A stretch of DNA of 49,791 bases from Bacteroidota bacterium (GCA_024275455.1 JAJRZB010000127.1:1-49791), one strand, 5' to 3'; positions 13,973 through 24,064 are shown, counted from the stretch's first letter. Notes: generated by a model from the sequence alone, not told the origin. Translations and numbers: made by a program.

Positions 13973-15106
13973 TTAATTATTCAAACGAACCGGCATTAAT
14001 AGCATCATTAATTCATAATTTTCTTTTTCTTCAGTAGGGAAAATTATTACTGCTTTTGTAGCTGAGTGCAGTTTAAAAATAATTCTTTTTTCAGAACTTA
14101 AATGACTTAAAACATCATTAACATAAGATGAATTAAACCCTATTTCTAATGGTTCACCGGTATATTTACAATTAATATTTTCAGTACCCGAAGCTCCCAG
14201 ATCTAAATCTTCTGCTGATATTTCCAAATTATCTTCTTTAATATTAAATTTAACTCTTCTTGTGTTCGAAGTGGAAAAGAGCATCATACGCTTAATAACA
14301 TCGTGCAATTCTTTCGTTTCCACTTCCAAAATAAATTCATTTTCCAGTGGAATAACACTTGAGTAATCAGGATATTTCTGTTTAATTAAACGTGAGATCA
14401 ATTCATATTCATTAAGTTGAAAAGACATATGAGTTTTGCTTAAATATATTTTTACATCTTTTTCATCAAGAATTTTTAATAATACAGATACTGCTCTTTC
14501 AGGCAATATATATTGAACATCAACACCTATTTGAATTTTCTTATTCAATAAATTTACAAGTCTGTGTCCGTCTGTTGCAACAAATCTTAACCCTTCCTCC
14601 GAAAATTGAAATAACGTTCCCATCATTGCAGGACGCATTTCTTCTTTACTCATTGCAAAAGATGATTTTTCAAATGCAAATCTTAAATCGCTTCCGCTCA
14701 TTGTTATTTCATTTAATTCTTCACTATCAATGTTTTCATTAGGGAAATCAGGAATTTCCGGAAATTCTTCATGATCTAAATAGCTTAAATTATAATGACC
14801 TTGATCGGTATTTAAATTTACTTTGCCATTCGATAAAATTTCAAACCTTATTGTGGTATCTTTAAGAGATCTAATTACATCGTGCAAAAGTTTAGCAGGA
14901 AGAAGAATTTTAAGGTTTTCTTCAGCTACAATTTTTAGAGATGATTTAAGAGAAATTTCCAAATCGGTAGCGTAAACAGTTAATAAACCATCTTTAATTT
15001 CAAATAGAAAGTTTTCTAAAACCGGCATTGGTGTTCTGCTTGGAACAGCCGGAATTATTTTTGAGAGCAATTTTTCTAACTCTTTACTGTTTACTTTAAA
15101 TTCCAT
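13973..15106 (-). CDS. dnaN: DNA polymerase III beta sliding clamp
   Basis: The ORF track gives 13973..15151. MEFKVNSKELEKLL at 15106 is preceded by AGAGGAA and matches typical DnaN N-termini. About 377 aa with three-domain clamp length. The stop is 1 nt from the recF start. Confidence 0.92.
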   Translation of the reverse strand: MEFKVNSKELEKLLSKIIPAVPSRTPMPVLENFLFEIKDGLLTVYATDLEISLKSSLKIVAEENLKILLPAKLLHDVIRSLKDTTIRFEILSNGKVNLNTDQGHYNLSYLDHEEFPEIPDFPNENIDSEELNEITMSGSDLRFAFEKSSFAMSKEEMRPAMMGTLFQFSEEGLRFVATDGHRLVNLLNKKIQIGVDVQYILPERAVSVLLKILDEKDVKIYLSKTHMSFQLNEYELISRLIKQKYPDYSSVIPLENEFILEVETKELHDVIKRMMLFSTSNTRRVKFNIKEDNLEISAEDLDLGASGTENINCKYTGEPLEIGFNSSYVNDVLSHLSSEKRIIFKLHSATKAVIIFPTEEKENYELMMLLMPVRLNN

Positions 15107-15181
15107 AAAATTCCTCTTTTTTAAAAAGTTTTTAATATAGTAATATACCAATTTTAGCCTAAATTAACAAAAATTTAGAAC

Positions 15182-15213
15182 TGTTAAAGTAAGCAAATTG
15201 TTAAAGTAAGCAA
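15182..15213. repeat. two direct copies of TGTTAAAGTAAGCAA (period 17) in the dnaN/rpmH divergent intergenic region
   Basis: Exact 15-mers at 15182-15196 and 15199-15213. A third, inverted copy of the core GTAAGCAA lies at 15319-15326. Confidence 0.7.
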
Positions 15214-15404
15214 TAATATTTGGAATAGAGTTCAACAAAAACAAACAATAGCTTTATCAAAGCGTTAAAATTAAATGCGATCTAAAATGTTTAATAACAA
15301 TCGGTTATATTTTAATTGTTGCTTACCGGAATAATTAATTAAATTATTTATTTATTTGTTTTTCCTTAACTTTGAGGTCTTTGTAAATAAAAGTAAGTAC
15401 TAAA

Positions 15405-15551
15405 ATGAAAAGAACATATCAACCAAGTAATAGAAAGCGTAAAAACAAGCACGGATTTAGAGCAAGAATGGCTTCTAAAAACGGTAGAAAAGTGCTTGCA
15501 AGAAGAAGAGCACGCGGGAGAAAAAAATTAACTGTTAGTGATGAATTTTAG
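15405..15551 (+). CDS. rpmH: 50S ribosomal protein L34
   Basis: Not in the ORF track (48 aa). My own translation: [48 protein letters not shown], with a TAG stop at 15549-15551. Confidence 0.95.
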   Translation: MKRTYQPSNRKRKNKHGFRARMASKNGRKVLARRRARGRKKLTVSDEF

Positions 15552-15553
15552 TT

Positions 15554-15961
15554 TTGAAAACGTTTAGTCTTTCAAAAAATGAGAGAATAAAACTTAAAAG
15601 AGATTTTCAAAAGGTTTACTCAAAGGGGTATATTCTATATTCACCATATAACAAGATAAAAGTTAATTATTTTTGGGAAAGCAGCGTTAATGAAAGCAGA
15701 GTTAAAGCTGCTTTTGTAGTTTCTAAAAAGGCTGGAAATGCTGTTTGGAGAAACAGGGTTAAAAGATTGTTTAGGGAAGTTTACAGAACTAATAAAAACT
15801 TATTAACCGATCTTGTTACTTCTAAAAATTTATCACTATTGGTAATTTTCTCTCCTAATTCGTTCAATCAAAAACAGAATAAAAAAATAAACTTGGGTTT
15901 TATTAAACAAGATTTTATTGACTTGCTGCATAAGTTAAATAACAAGTTACAAAATGCGTAA
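15554..15961 (+). CDS. rnpA: ribonuclease P protein component
   Basis: 135 aa basic protein immediately after rpmH. TTG start. [15 protein letters not shown]...[13 protein letters not shown] fits RnpA. Confidence 0.85.
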   Translation: MKTFSLSKNERIKLKRDFQKVYSKGYILYSPYNKIKVNYFWESSVNESRVKAAFVVSKKAGNAVWRNRVKRLFREVYRTNKNLLTDLVTSKNLSLLVIFSPNSFNQKQNKKINLGFIKQDFIDLLHKLNNKLQNA

Positions 15962-16160
15962 AGTTTTCATTTTTATAATTAAGTTGTATCAAAAACTAAT
16001 TTCGCCAATGTTTCCACCATCGTGCAGATTTTATCCAACATGTTCTCACTATGCCATCGATTCATTTAATAAGTACGGTGTTTTTAAAGGTGGAGCTAAA
16101 GCGGTTTGGCGTATTCTTAGATGCAACCCTTTTAATAAAGGCGGGCATGATCCTGCTTAG
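15954..16160 (+). CDS. yidD: membrane protein insertion efficiency factor YidD
   Basis: 68 aa. [23 protein letters not shown]...[12 protein letters not shown] is the canonical YidD motif. Confidence 0.92.
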   Translation: MRKVFIFIIKLYQKLISPMFPPSCRFYPTCSHYAIDSFNKYGVFKGGAKAVWRILRCNPFNKGGHDPA

Positions 16161-16185
16161 TTTAAATTTTATGTGGTAAAAGTTT

Positions 16186-18042
16186 ATGGACAAACAATCA
16201 ACTATTGCGTTTATTCTTATTGGAATTATTTTAGTTTTCTGGTTATATCTAAATACTCCTGAGCCTACAACCGTTCCCCCTCAAACACAAGATTCAACTA
16301 TTGTTAGAGATAAAACTCCTAAGGAAACAGAAATTGAAAAACCTGTTACTGCAGAAACCAAAAAATTAGAAGAAAATATTTCTCAACCCTTTCAAAAAGA
16401 GATTCTTCCGGAAAAGATAATTACGGTAGAAACTGATTTAGCATTATTTGAACTTACTTCAAAAGGTGCACGATTAAGAAAATTTTTCCTTAAAAAATAT
16501 AAAACATGGTATCATAATAAATTTGATTCCACTGATTTTTATAATACTCATGTACAATTAATTAACACCTCGAGAGAAGGTGGAGATTTTAACTTAGTTT
16601 TTGTAACAAAAGAAGGAAAATTAGTTAATACAAAATCTTTAGATTTCAATTTTGATAAAAACAAAGCCTATTATAAAATTACTAATGGTGATTCACTTAT
16701 TTTTAATTGTAAATACGAAATAAGCGAAGGTAAAAGTATAACCAAACAATATGTTTTTTACGCAGATGATTATAACTCAAAGGTTGATATCATCCTTGAA
16801 AATATGGATGAAGTAATCAGCAGCTACAGATACGATTTGGAATGGGGAAACGGATTAAACTTTGTAGAAAAAAACTCTGTTGATGAAGCTAATTTTTCTA
16901 ATGCTGCTGCCTATTCGGGAGATGAAAAAGTTATAATAGATGCTACTTCGGTTGATGAACCTGAAGAAAAAGTATTAAACGGTAAAATTGATTGGGTTGG
17001 TGTAAGAAACAAATATTTTACTGTTATTATTGCCCCGGAAAACCCAAGCAATGATGGCGGTGCAGATTTTAAAGGCGTACATGTAAAAACAGAATACGGT
17101 GATAGAGAATATTATTCGGCTAGTTTAAAAATTCCTTTTAACAATCAGAAATATCAGAAAGACAGTTTTAGATTATACATTGGTCCTTTGGAATATGATA
17201 TTCTTAAATCCAAGGGTAAAAATTACCAAGCTATGTTTGAATTTGGCAGCTTCTTAGGATTAAAATTTATTACCCGTCCGATTTCCGAATATGTGCTATT
17301 ACCATTATTTAAATTTCTTCATAGATATATTCCAAATTACGGCTGGGTGATAATTGTATTTTCATTCATTTTAAAATTTGCGCTGTATCCTTTAACACGG
17401 CAAAGCTATAAGTCAATGAAAAGGATGTCTCAGTTGCAGCCTAAAATAGCTGAGTTAAAAGAAAAGTATAAAGGCGACCAGCAAAAGATTCAGAAAGAAA
17501 CCATGAAGTTGTATTCAACCTATGGTGTTAATCCCGCCGGGGGTTGTTTACCGATGTTATTGCAAATGCCAATTTTGTTTGCACTTTTCACATTTTTTAA
17601 TGTCGCCATAGAAATCCGGCAAGAGCCATTTATTTTTTGGATAACAAATTTATCTGCCCCAGATGTTATTTATGAACTACCGTTTAATTTACCTTTATTT
17701 GGTATTAAAGCTATAACCGGTTTAGCTCCGCTGCTTGGTATTACAATGTTATTTCAACAGAAAATGTCAGTTAAAGACCCAAGTCAAAAAGCAATGGTTT
17801 ATATAATGCCGTTTGTATTTACTTTTATGTTTATGGGATTTTCATCCGGGTTGAACCTATATTACTTTATGTTTAATTTGCTTTCAATAGGACAGCAGTA
17901 TTACATAAACAAACAAAAAGGTGATGAACTTGTACCGGTTAAAAATCCTAAGAAAAAGGGCGGTTTTATGCAAAAAATGATGGAAGCAGCCGAGCAACAA
18001 CAGAAAACACAAAAACAATCAGCCGGTAAAAGAAAAAAATAA
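16186..18042 (+). CDS. yidC: membrane protein insertase YidC (long form with a large periplasmic domain)
   Basis: 618 aa. N-terminal TM helix, large P1 domain, and the conserved C-terminal core (GWVIIVFSFILKFALYPL, NPAGGCLPMLLQMPILFALF). Confidence 0.93.
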   Translation: MDKQSTIAFILIGIILVFWLYLNTPEPTTVPPQTQDSTIVRDKTPKETEIEKPVTAETKKLEENISQPFQKEILPEKIITVETDLALFELTSKGARLRKFFLKKYKTWYHNKFDSTDFYNTHVQLINTSREGGDFNLVFVTKEGKLVNTKSLDFNFDKNKAYYKITNGDSLIFNCKYEISEGKSITKQYVFYADDYNSKVDIILENMDEVISSYRYDLEWGNGLNFVEKNSVDEANFSNAAAYSGDEKVIIDATSVDEPEEKVLNGKIDWVGVRNKYFTVIIAPENPSNDGGADFKGVHVKTEYGDREYYSASLKIPFNNQKYQKDSFRLYIGPLEYDILKSKGKNYQAMFEFGSFLGLKFITRPISEYVLLPLFKFLHRYIPNYGWVIIVFSFILKFALYPLTRQSYKSMKRMSQLQPKIAELKEKYKGDQQKIQKETMKLYSTYGVNPAGGCLPMLLQMPILFALFTFFNVAIEIRQEPFIFWITNLSAPDVIYELPFNLPLFGIKAITGLAPLLGITMLFQQKMSVKDPSQKAMVYIMPFVFTFMFMGFSSGLNLYYFMFNLLSIGQQYYINKQKGDELVPVKNPKKKGGFMQKMMEAAEQQQKTQKQSAGKRKK

Positions 18043-18237
18043 ATATTTAGCATAACGTTTTTTAATTAGCAATTATTTTACAAACTAAACTTTGATAAAA
18101 TAAAAGTTGTTTAACCCACCTCTCTGTTGAGGATTTGCAAATTACTGTTAAGGGAATTGACCTACTTTTAATGCAAAATTAGGGTTAAATTTATTGCTCC
18201 TATTTTACAATTAAGTTTAGAGAACAAATAAGACCCA

Positions 18238-20949
18238 ATGTTTAGGTTAAGAAATATATTTCCGATACTCCTTTTTTTATTAACTATTCCGCAAAATTAT
18301 TTACCTCAAGAAATTCATAACTTCGAATTATATTTTAAGAAAAAACAACTCCCTTTCGGTTTGACTTTATTAGTTCCCAAAGAACAACCAACAGTAAGTT
18401 TAGTATTAAGCGGAGGCGGATCCAGAGCGTTAGCACACATAGGTGTTTTAGAAGCAATTGAAGAATTTGATATTCCCATCGATCAAATTGTTGGAACAAG
18501 TATGGGAAGTGTAATCGGAGGTTTATATTCCTTAGGCAATAATGTTTCCGAGCTTGATTCCATTATTAAATCTATTAAGTGGGATGAAATGTTTTCCCTA
18601 ACCAGCTCTGATAGAAGAAATTTATTTGTTGATCAGAAAATCACTGAGGATAAAGCCCTCCTTACAATCAGATTAAATGGCTTTAAACCAATTGTTCCGC
18701 AATCAATAAATACCGGTAAAAAAATAGCTAATTTATTTACATCTTTATCTTTTAGTTCTCCAATAAATAATTTTAATTCATTTGACAATCTTTTATATAA
18801 ATTCAGAGCAGTTGCTACAGATTTAATTACCGGAGAAAAAATAATTTTGGATAGCGGTTCAATTAGTGAAGCAATGCGCGCTAGTTCCAGTATATCATTT
18901 TTACTACCTCCGGTTCATAAAGATTCACTAATTTTAGTAGATGGCGGATTGATTGATAATTTACCGATTGCTTCCGCATTGCAATTACAACCCGATTTTA
19001 TTATTGCTTCAGATGCTACAAGCGCATTAAGAAACAAAGAAGAACTAAATTATCCTTGGGAAATTGCTGATCAAATTGTTTCAATTCCCTCTAAAAAGGT
19101 TTGGGAAAAAAATAAAAAATTCGCAGATGTATTAATAACACATAATCTTAAAATAAGAAATAATAATTTTGAAGACATAAGCAAAACTATTGTTGCCGGT
19201 TATAATAACGCAGTTCCCAAATTATCAGGCATTAAGGAAAAAATCAGCAATTTATTTCTTAAAAAATTAAAGAAAAATGATTATGTATTTAGAAAAATAA
19301 GTTTACCTCTGAATGCAAATAGTTTAGATAGTATTATTTATAAGAAGTTTTTTACAAAGGACTCTATTAAAAAATCTGAAATATTATTTGCTTTATATCA
19401 ACAATTTAGCTCCGGAAATTTTGAAAAAATTTCTGCAAAAGTTATTGCCGATTCAACAACAACCTATATAAAATCAAATTACAAATTAAATCCACTTATT
19501 ACTTCAATAAATATTAAAGGAATCAAACTTTTCCAAATTGATTCAATCTATAATATTTTCACCCCACTTTATAATTATCCTTATAATCCAAAAAAGTTAT
19601 TGCCTAAACTACTTGTATTGATAAAAAAGTATAGAAAGAAAGGAAACATTACATCAACAATAGATACTGTTAAATTCCATAAAAAGAATGGTGAACTAGT
19701 AATAACTGTTGATGAAGGAAAAATTAATGATATTGTTTTAGAAGGAAATAACCATACTTTGGACGCGGTTGTAAAACGGGAGTTCTCAACAATCCCCGGT
19801 GATTTTTTATTGAAGGAAGACTTAGATGAAGGTTTACAGAATTTGTCTTCAACAAATTTATTTAATAGTGTTAATGTAAATTTGATAAGTGATTCAACCG
19901 GTAAAAAAATAAAATTGAGCCTTGAAGAAAAACTGCCAAATGTTTTAAGACTCGGATTAAAAATTGATAATGAATACCATACCCAAACAGCTATAGATAT
20001 AAGAAATGAAAATCTATTCGGAACAGGTTCGGAGTTAGGATTATCAATTGCCGGCGGTACAAGAAATATATCATATGTCTTAGAACATAAAACAAATCGT
20101 ATTTTTAATACATATTTAACATATAAAGCCCAGGCTTTCTATAAATTTAGAGATATAAATATTTATGATTACGATGATAACCAAAATGAAAATAGATTTT
20201 CAAGATCTTTAGTTGGGGAATACAGCCAAATTTTCTACGGAGGATTTCTTGGAATTGGAGCACACTTAAAAAAACTCGGTACTGTTACTGCTGAAGGGAA
20301 ATATCAAGTTGATGAGATTAAAGGAATTTCTTCTTTCCCGGAAGATAAATCTTACAAAGTAAATATTTCAAGTTTAAAAATTCGTTTGCAAATTGATTCT
20401 CAAAACAAATATCCTTATCCAACAAAGGGTATTCATATAAACACTTATTATGAAACCGCACAAAAAATATTAGGCGGAGATATCAGTTTTGCAAAATTTA
20501 GTTTTAATTACGAAAGTTATTTTACTTTTAATAACAGTCATACTATTAAACCCAGACTCATTTTTGGCTTTGCCGATGAAACATTACCTTTAAGCGAGCA
20601 ATTCTCTTTTGGCGGACAACAAAACTTTTGGGGTTACAGGGATTATGAATTTAGAGGCAGACAAATTTTAATCGGATCTTTGGAATACAGATTTAAACTC
20701 CCTTTCAAAATTTATGTTGATACATATTTTAAAGTTCGGTATGATCTCGGTTCAACATGGATTAAACAGGAACAAATTAAATTTGAGGATCTGAAACATG
20801 GTATTGGCTTTTCATTATCTTTCGATACACCAATAGGTCCGGCTGAGTTTTCAATTGGCAGAAGTTTATTACTTGAAGAAACATCGCCAAAAACAATTAT
20901 AAACCGCGGACCTTTATTCTTTTATTTTACAATTGGTTATTATTATTAA
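18238..20949 (+). CDS. patatin-like phospholipase fused to a POTRA/Omp85 beta-barrel (PlpD-like, type Vd autotransporter architecture)
   Basis: 903 aa. Signal peptide, patatin motifs GGGSRALAHIG, GTSMGS (GxSxG) and VDGGLIDN (catalytic Asp). The C-terminal half has Omp85-like strands and ends in the aromatic FFYFTIGYYY. Confidence 0.8.
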   Translation: MFRLRNIFPILLFLLTIPQNYLPQEIHNFELYFKKKQLPFGLTLLVPKEQPTVSLVLSGGGSRALAHIGVLEAIEEFDIPIDQIVGTSMGSVIGGLYSLGNNVSELDSIIKSIKWDEMFSLTSSDRRNLFVDQKITEDKALLTIRLNGFKPIVPQSINTGKKIANLFTSLSFSSPINNFNSFDNLLYKFRAVATDLITGEKIILDSGSISEAMRASSSISFLLPPVHKDSLILVDGGLIDNLPIASALQLQPDFIIASDATSALRNKEELNYPWEIADQIVSIPSKKVWEKNKKFADVLITHNLKIRNNNFEDISKTIVAGYNNAVPKLSGIKEKISNLFLKKLKKNDYVFRKISLPLNANSLDSIIYKKFFTKDSIKKSEILFALYQQFSSGNFEKISAKVIADSTTTYIKSNYKLNPLITSINIKGIKLFQIDSIYNIFTPLYNYPYNPKKLLPKLLVLIKKYRKKGNITSTIDTVKFHKKNGELVITVDEGKINDIVLEGNNHTLDAVVKREFSTIPGDFLLKEDLDEGLQNLSSTNLFNSVNVNLISDSTGKKIKLSLEEKLPNVLRLGLKIDNEYHTQTAIDIRNENLFGTGSELGLSIAGGTRNISYVLEHKTNRIFNTYLTYKAQAFYKFRDINIYDYDDNQNENRFSRSLVGEYSQIFYGGFLGIGAHLKKLGTVTAEGKYQVDEIKGISSFPEDKSYKVNISSLKIRLQIDSQNKYPYPTKGIHINTYYETAQKILGGDISFAKFSFNYESYFTFNNSHTIKPRLIFGFADETLPLSEQFSFGGQQNFWGYRDYEFRGRQILIGSLEYRFKLPFKIYVDTYFKVRYDLGSTWIKQEQIKFEDLKHGIGFSLSFDTPIGPAEFSIGRSLLLEETSPKTIINRGPLFFYFTIGYYY

Positions 20950-20968
20950 AAGAACTTCAGAAAAGATT

Positions 20969-21466
20969 TTATAACTCATTAAGATATTTTACCAAGTTTG
21001 CTTTTGTAAATTTGGGCAAATTATCTTCAAACTTAACAACTTCATTTTTATCCCATGCTTTTGTTTCTACATTTTGATAATTATGCTTGTCCAATAAAGC
21101 AAATCTTCTATCAGTTAAGGTTTTATTTTTATTAAAAATAAAAAAACAAATTATTATTGGAAAGTTCAGTTTTTTACTCCAATTTTCATAAGATTCAACG
21201 GCTCTCTTATTTACCCAAAAATCTTCTTTTGTTTTTCCTTTCCAATCCACCAAAAATTTTATTTCTGCGTGTTCGGCAACAATATCGGGCTTATCTTTTC
21301 CTTTTTCCCAAACTTTTTCATTGCGCCGATCTTTACCAAATTCTGTAAATTCAATACCCCATTGGTAAAATAGATTCTTGCCATGATACTCGGCTAAGTC
21401 ATGCAGTTTATAATTTTTCCTAAATTCATCTTTGCTTTTTGCCGGCTTAAAATCTAACTTTTTCAT
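20969..21466 (-). CDS. hypothetical protein, possibly PD-(D/E)xK nuclease-fold
   Basis: 165 aa ORF overlapping the upstream gene by 20 nt. The segment DKPDIVAEHAEIKFLVDWKGK could be read as a D...(D/E)xK motif. The assignment is weak. Confidence 0.35.
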   Translation of the reverse strand: MKKLDFKPAKSKDEFRKNYKLHDLAEYHGKNLFYQWGIEFTEFGKDRRNEKVWEKGKDKPDIVAEHAEIKFLVDWKGKTKEDFWVNKRAVESYENWSKKLNFPIIICFFIFNKNKTLTDRRFALLDKHNYQNVETKAWDKNEVVKFEDNLPKFTKANLVKYLNEL

Positions 21467-22526
21467 TTTTATCAGATAAATATTTTGAAATATTTCTAAT
21501 TATCTTTTCAAATTTGTCTGTGTTCATCAAAACCTGACTGCAAATATCTTTCAAATCTTCTTTAGTAACTCTATTAAAATCATCCTCTCGCGGAGTTACA
21601 CAAAGCCCTGCTAAATCTACCGATGCCGGACTAATCAATAATTGTGTATCATCATTCGCAAAATATTGTTTTGGTCTATGTTTTTCTCTTAAATACAAAA
21701 ACACTTTCCACTGACTATTATCAAAAAAAGTAAATATATTTATCATGGGTTCGGAAGCCAAACCCTGTTGAATTTTAATTACATTTAAAATGGTATTAAA
21801 CAGATTAACCAGTTCGTTTTTATCTGAAGATTTAAAGAAAATAAATTTTGTAATGCTATGGTTTACAGAGTATATTTTTGTAATATTATTAGTGTAAACT
21901 TCTTCTCCATAATTCAGCAATAGCCCGTTATAAAAATTTTCAATTGGTGTGGATTTTTTTTGTCCCGCTTGAAAATGAAAATGATCAGGAGCAGAAGCGC
22001 CGCATTTTGGTCCGTTATAAAAAACAAAAAAATTATCTTTTAAATCAAAACTTAATTGTAACATATCCTTAAATGTACTATCTATTTTTTGCGGAATATG
22101 TTGAATATGTGAAATTGTTAAATGCTGCTTAAAAACCGGAAAAGGATTAATCAGAATTACATAATCATCTTGATATTTAATTCCCTTTTGTGTCTCCGGT
22201 AAATTATCTTTACATAAAAAACATACTCTATTTTCAATACTTTTTTTATCTACTTTAGCAGAGGTTGAAGTAATTCTTGAAGGATTAAACTGAATCTTAA
22301 ATTTAAAATTGTCGAAATCAATATTTTTAATTTTAACACTATCTAAATTCCGGAAATTTTTTTCAACTAAACCCCAGTTTTCCTTCTGATGGGATAGTAA
22401 AGAATCAGCTTTATCTGAAAAGGTATTTGTTTCTCCGTAATTATTAAGTTCTTTATCTGATATAAATATATTTTTCACTGATTTTTTAGTAAAGTAATTA
22501 TTAATATTTTTAAAATAATGTCGCAC
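21447..22526 (-). CDS. HIT-superfamily (GalT / GDP-L-galactose-phosphorylase branch) nucleotide-sugar enzyme, DUF4922-like
   Basis: 359 aa with a GTG start. It contains GASAPDHFHFQAG, i.e. the HxHxQ motif of the GalT branch of the HIT superfamily. It sits downstream of a GT2 gene. Confidence 0.55.
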   Translation of the reverse strand: MRHYFKNINNYFTKKSVKNIFISDKELNNYGETNTFSDKADSLLSHQKENWGLVEKNFRNLDSVKIKNIDFDNFKFKIQFNPSRITSTSAKVDKKSIENRVCFLCKDNLPETQKGIKYQDDYVILINPFPVFKQHLTISHIQHIPQKIDSTFKDMLQLSFDLKDNFFVFYNGPKCGASAPDHFHFQAGQKKSTPIENFYNGLLLNYGEEVYTNNITKIYSVNHSITKFIFFKSSDKNELVNLFNTILNVIKIQQGLASEPMINIFTFFDNSQWKVFLYLREKHRPKQYFANDDTQLLISPASVDLAGLCVTPREDDFNRVTKEDLKDICSQVLMNTDKFEKIIRNISKYLSDKNEKVRF

Positions 22527-22675
22527 CGAAACAAGTATTTTACTCTTAGAAGACGGATGAAATATTTCGATGCATTTAAATTAAGAAAGTTCTAACCCAA
22601 TAACCCCAAAGAGATGGTTTGGCAAAACACTGGGTTCGAAACAACAAACATTACTGTAGAAAACATAGAAATAAT

Positions 22676-24064
22676 TTAGCTAGTAAAAAAATTCTTGTTA
22701 CTTTTTTTTCTTGCTAAAACTTCTATTGTTCTGATTTTATCTTTGTAAAAATTATTGGCATTAACTTTCTCAATATCTAAAGCTGCATCGGAGTTTCCTT
22801 CCCAACGTCTGCACAAGTATATCGGTTGATAAATTCTACCAATTTGGTAATTACGGGAAATCTCCAAACCAACTGCGTAATCTTCTCCATAGCTTACATT
22901 AGGAATCTTAATTTTTCTAAGAATCGGTGTATAAAATGCACGAGGTGCACCAAGTCCGTTTATTCTTAAAGCGTTGTTTCGTCCGTTTTCGGGGGTCCAT
23001 TCTTTATGATCTATTAGTCCTGGTGGAATTTCATTTAATTCAAAATCAGTTAATTTATAAGAACCAATTACCATCGCACATTTTTCTTTTTTAAATGTGT
23101 TAACTATAATTTGCAAAGTATTCTCATCAGCATAAATATCATCACTATCTAATTGAACTGAGAACCGTCCGCAATTTTCGTTCATAATTCCTTCGTTCCA
23201 ACATCCGCCAATTTGTAAATCGGTTCTATCAGGAATAATATGAATAACCCGCTGATCTTTCTCTCCCCATTGTTTAATCACTTCAGTAGTTCCATCAGTT
23301 GAGTGATTGTCTACAATAATCAGATTAAAATTGAAATCCGTTTTCTGTTTTAGTACTGATTCTATTGCATCACCAATTGTTTTCGCTCTGTTTCTAACCG
23401 GAATAATTACTGATGCTTCAATATTAAATAGATTATTTTCTATATTTATATCAGAAAACGAAGGCTGTAAATAAGCTCCGATATTTTTTAAATGAATTGT
23501 TACAGCTTTTTCCATTTCCAACTGTACTTTTCTGTTTTTCGGATCAACATAATCAAACTGTTTTTCTCCCGACTTTCTTGTATCATCCTCTATTGCTGTG
23601 TATAAAAACTCAGGTATTCTAATTATTGGATAATCTTCTGAAACAAATAATCTTAGCAAATATAGTCCGGTAAACTCAAACCCTTCACTAAATTTTAAGG
23701 TAGCTTTTTTAATTGCTTCTTTTGTTAATAGAATTACCGGCCCAAAATTAAAATCATCTCTTAAACTGCCCAGTTGATATTCTATGACAGGATGTTTACT
23801 TTTCTCCCCATTTTTTATTTCAAAGTAATCTGAGTATACAATTCCTGCCCCGGTATTATTTGCAATATTTACAAAACGTTCTAGACTATATGCCCCAAAT
23901 TCGATTTTAGTATCATTTGTAATAAACACAACAAATTCCGTGTCAATTTGTTCAGAAAGAGATTTGATATTTTCCGTGGAAAACATATTCTCAGTAATAA
24001 TCAAATTACAATTATCAAATTTGTTTAATTCATTATGACTGACTATAGTTATTTTATTTTTCAT
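22676..24064 (-). CDS. family 2 glycosyltransferase with an extra N-terminal domain
   Basis: 462 aa. The C-terminal half has VIIPVRNRAKTIGDAIESVLKQ...LIIVDNHSTDGT and a DSDD motif (QLDSDDIY). Confidence 0.75.
   Translation of the reverse strand: MKNKITIVSHNELNKFDNCNLIITENMFSTENIKSLSEQIDTEFVVFITNDTKIEFGAYSLERFVNIANNTGAGIVYSDYFEIKNGEKSKHPVIEYQLGSLRDDFNFGPVILLTKEAIKKATLKFSEGFEFTGLYLLRLFVSEDYPIIRIPEFLYTAIEDDTRKSGEKQFDYVDPKNRKVQLEMEKAVTIHLKNIGAYLQPSFSDINIENNLFNIEASVIIPVRNRAKTIGDAIESVLKQKTDFNFNLIIVDNHSTDGTTEVIKQWGEKDQRVIHIIPDRTDLQIGGCWNEGIMNENCGRFSVQLDSDDIYADENTLQIIVNTFKKEKCAMVIGSYKLTDFELNEIPPGLIDHKEWTPENGRNNALRINGLGAPRAFYTPILRKIKIPNVSYGEDYAVGLEISRNYQIGRIYQPIYLCRRWEGNSDAALDIEKVNANNFYKDKIRTIEVLARKKSNKNFFTS

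Noticed and set aside
13973-15151. 15-codon N-terminal extension of dnaN (MVYYYIKNFLKKRNF) given by the longest ORF
   Set aside because: The internal ATG at 15106 has a good AGAGGAA RBS and gives the canonical DnaN N-terminus. The extension would overlap the promoter region.
15107-15404. DnaA boxes (TTATCCACA) upstream of dnaN
   Set aside because: The best match I could find by eye is TTATCAAAG (6/9), which is not distinguishable from chance in this composition.
20969-22526. The 165-aa ORF as a frameshifted C-terminus of the DUF4922-like gene (another pseudogene)
   Set aside because: The upstream protein is already full length for its family at about 359 aa, and the 165-aa ORF has its own ATG and a distinct composition. 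I treat them as two overlapping genes, though this is not proven.
22632-22640. GGGTTCGAA, resembling a tRNA T-loop, in the spacer between the GT2 and DUF4922-like genes
   Set aside because: There is no complementary T-stem, acceptor stem or anticodon arm around it, and the flanks are AT-rich and unstructured. It is most likely a chance match.
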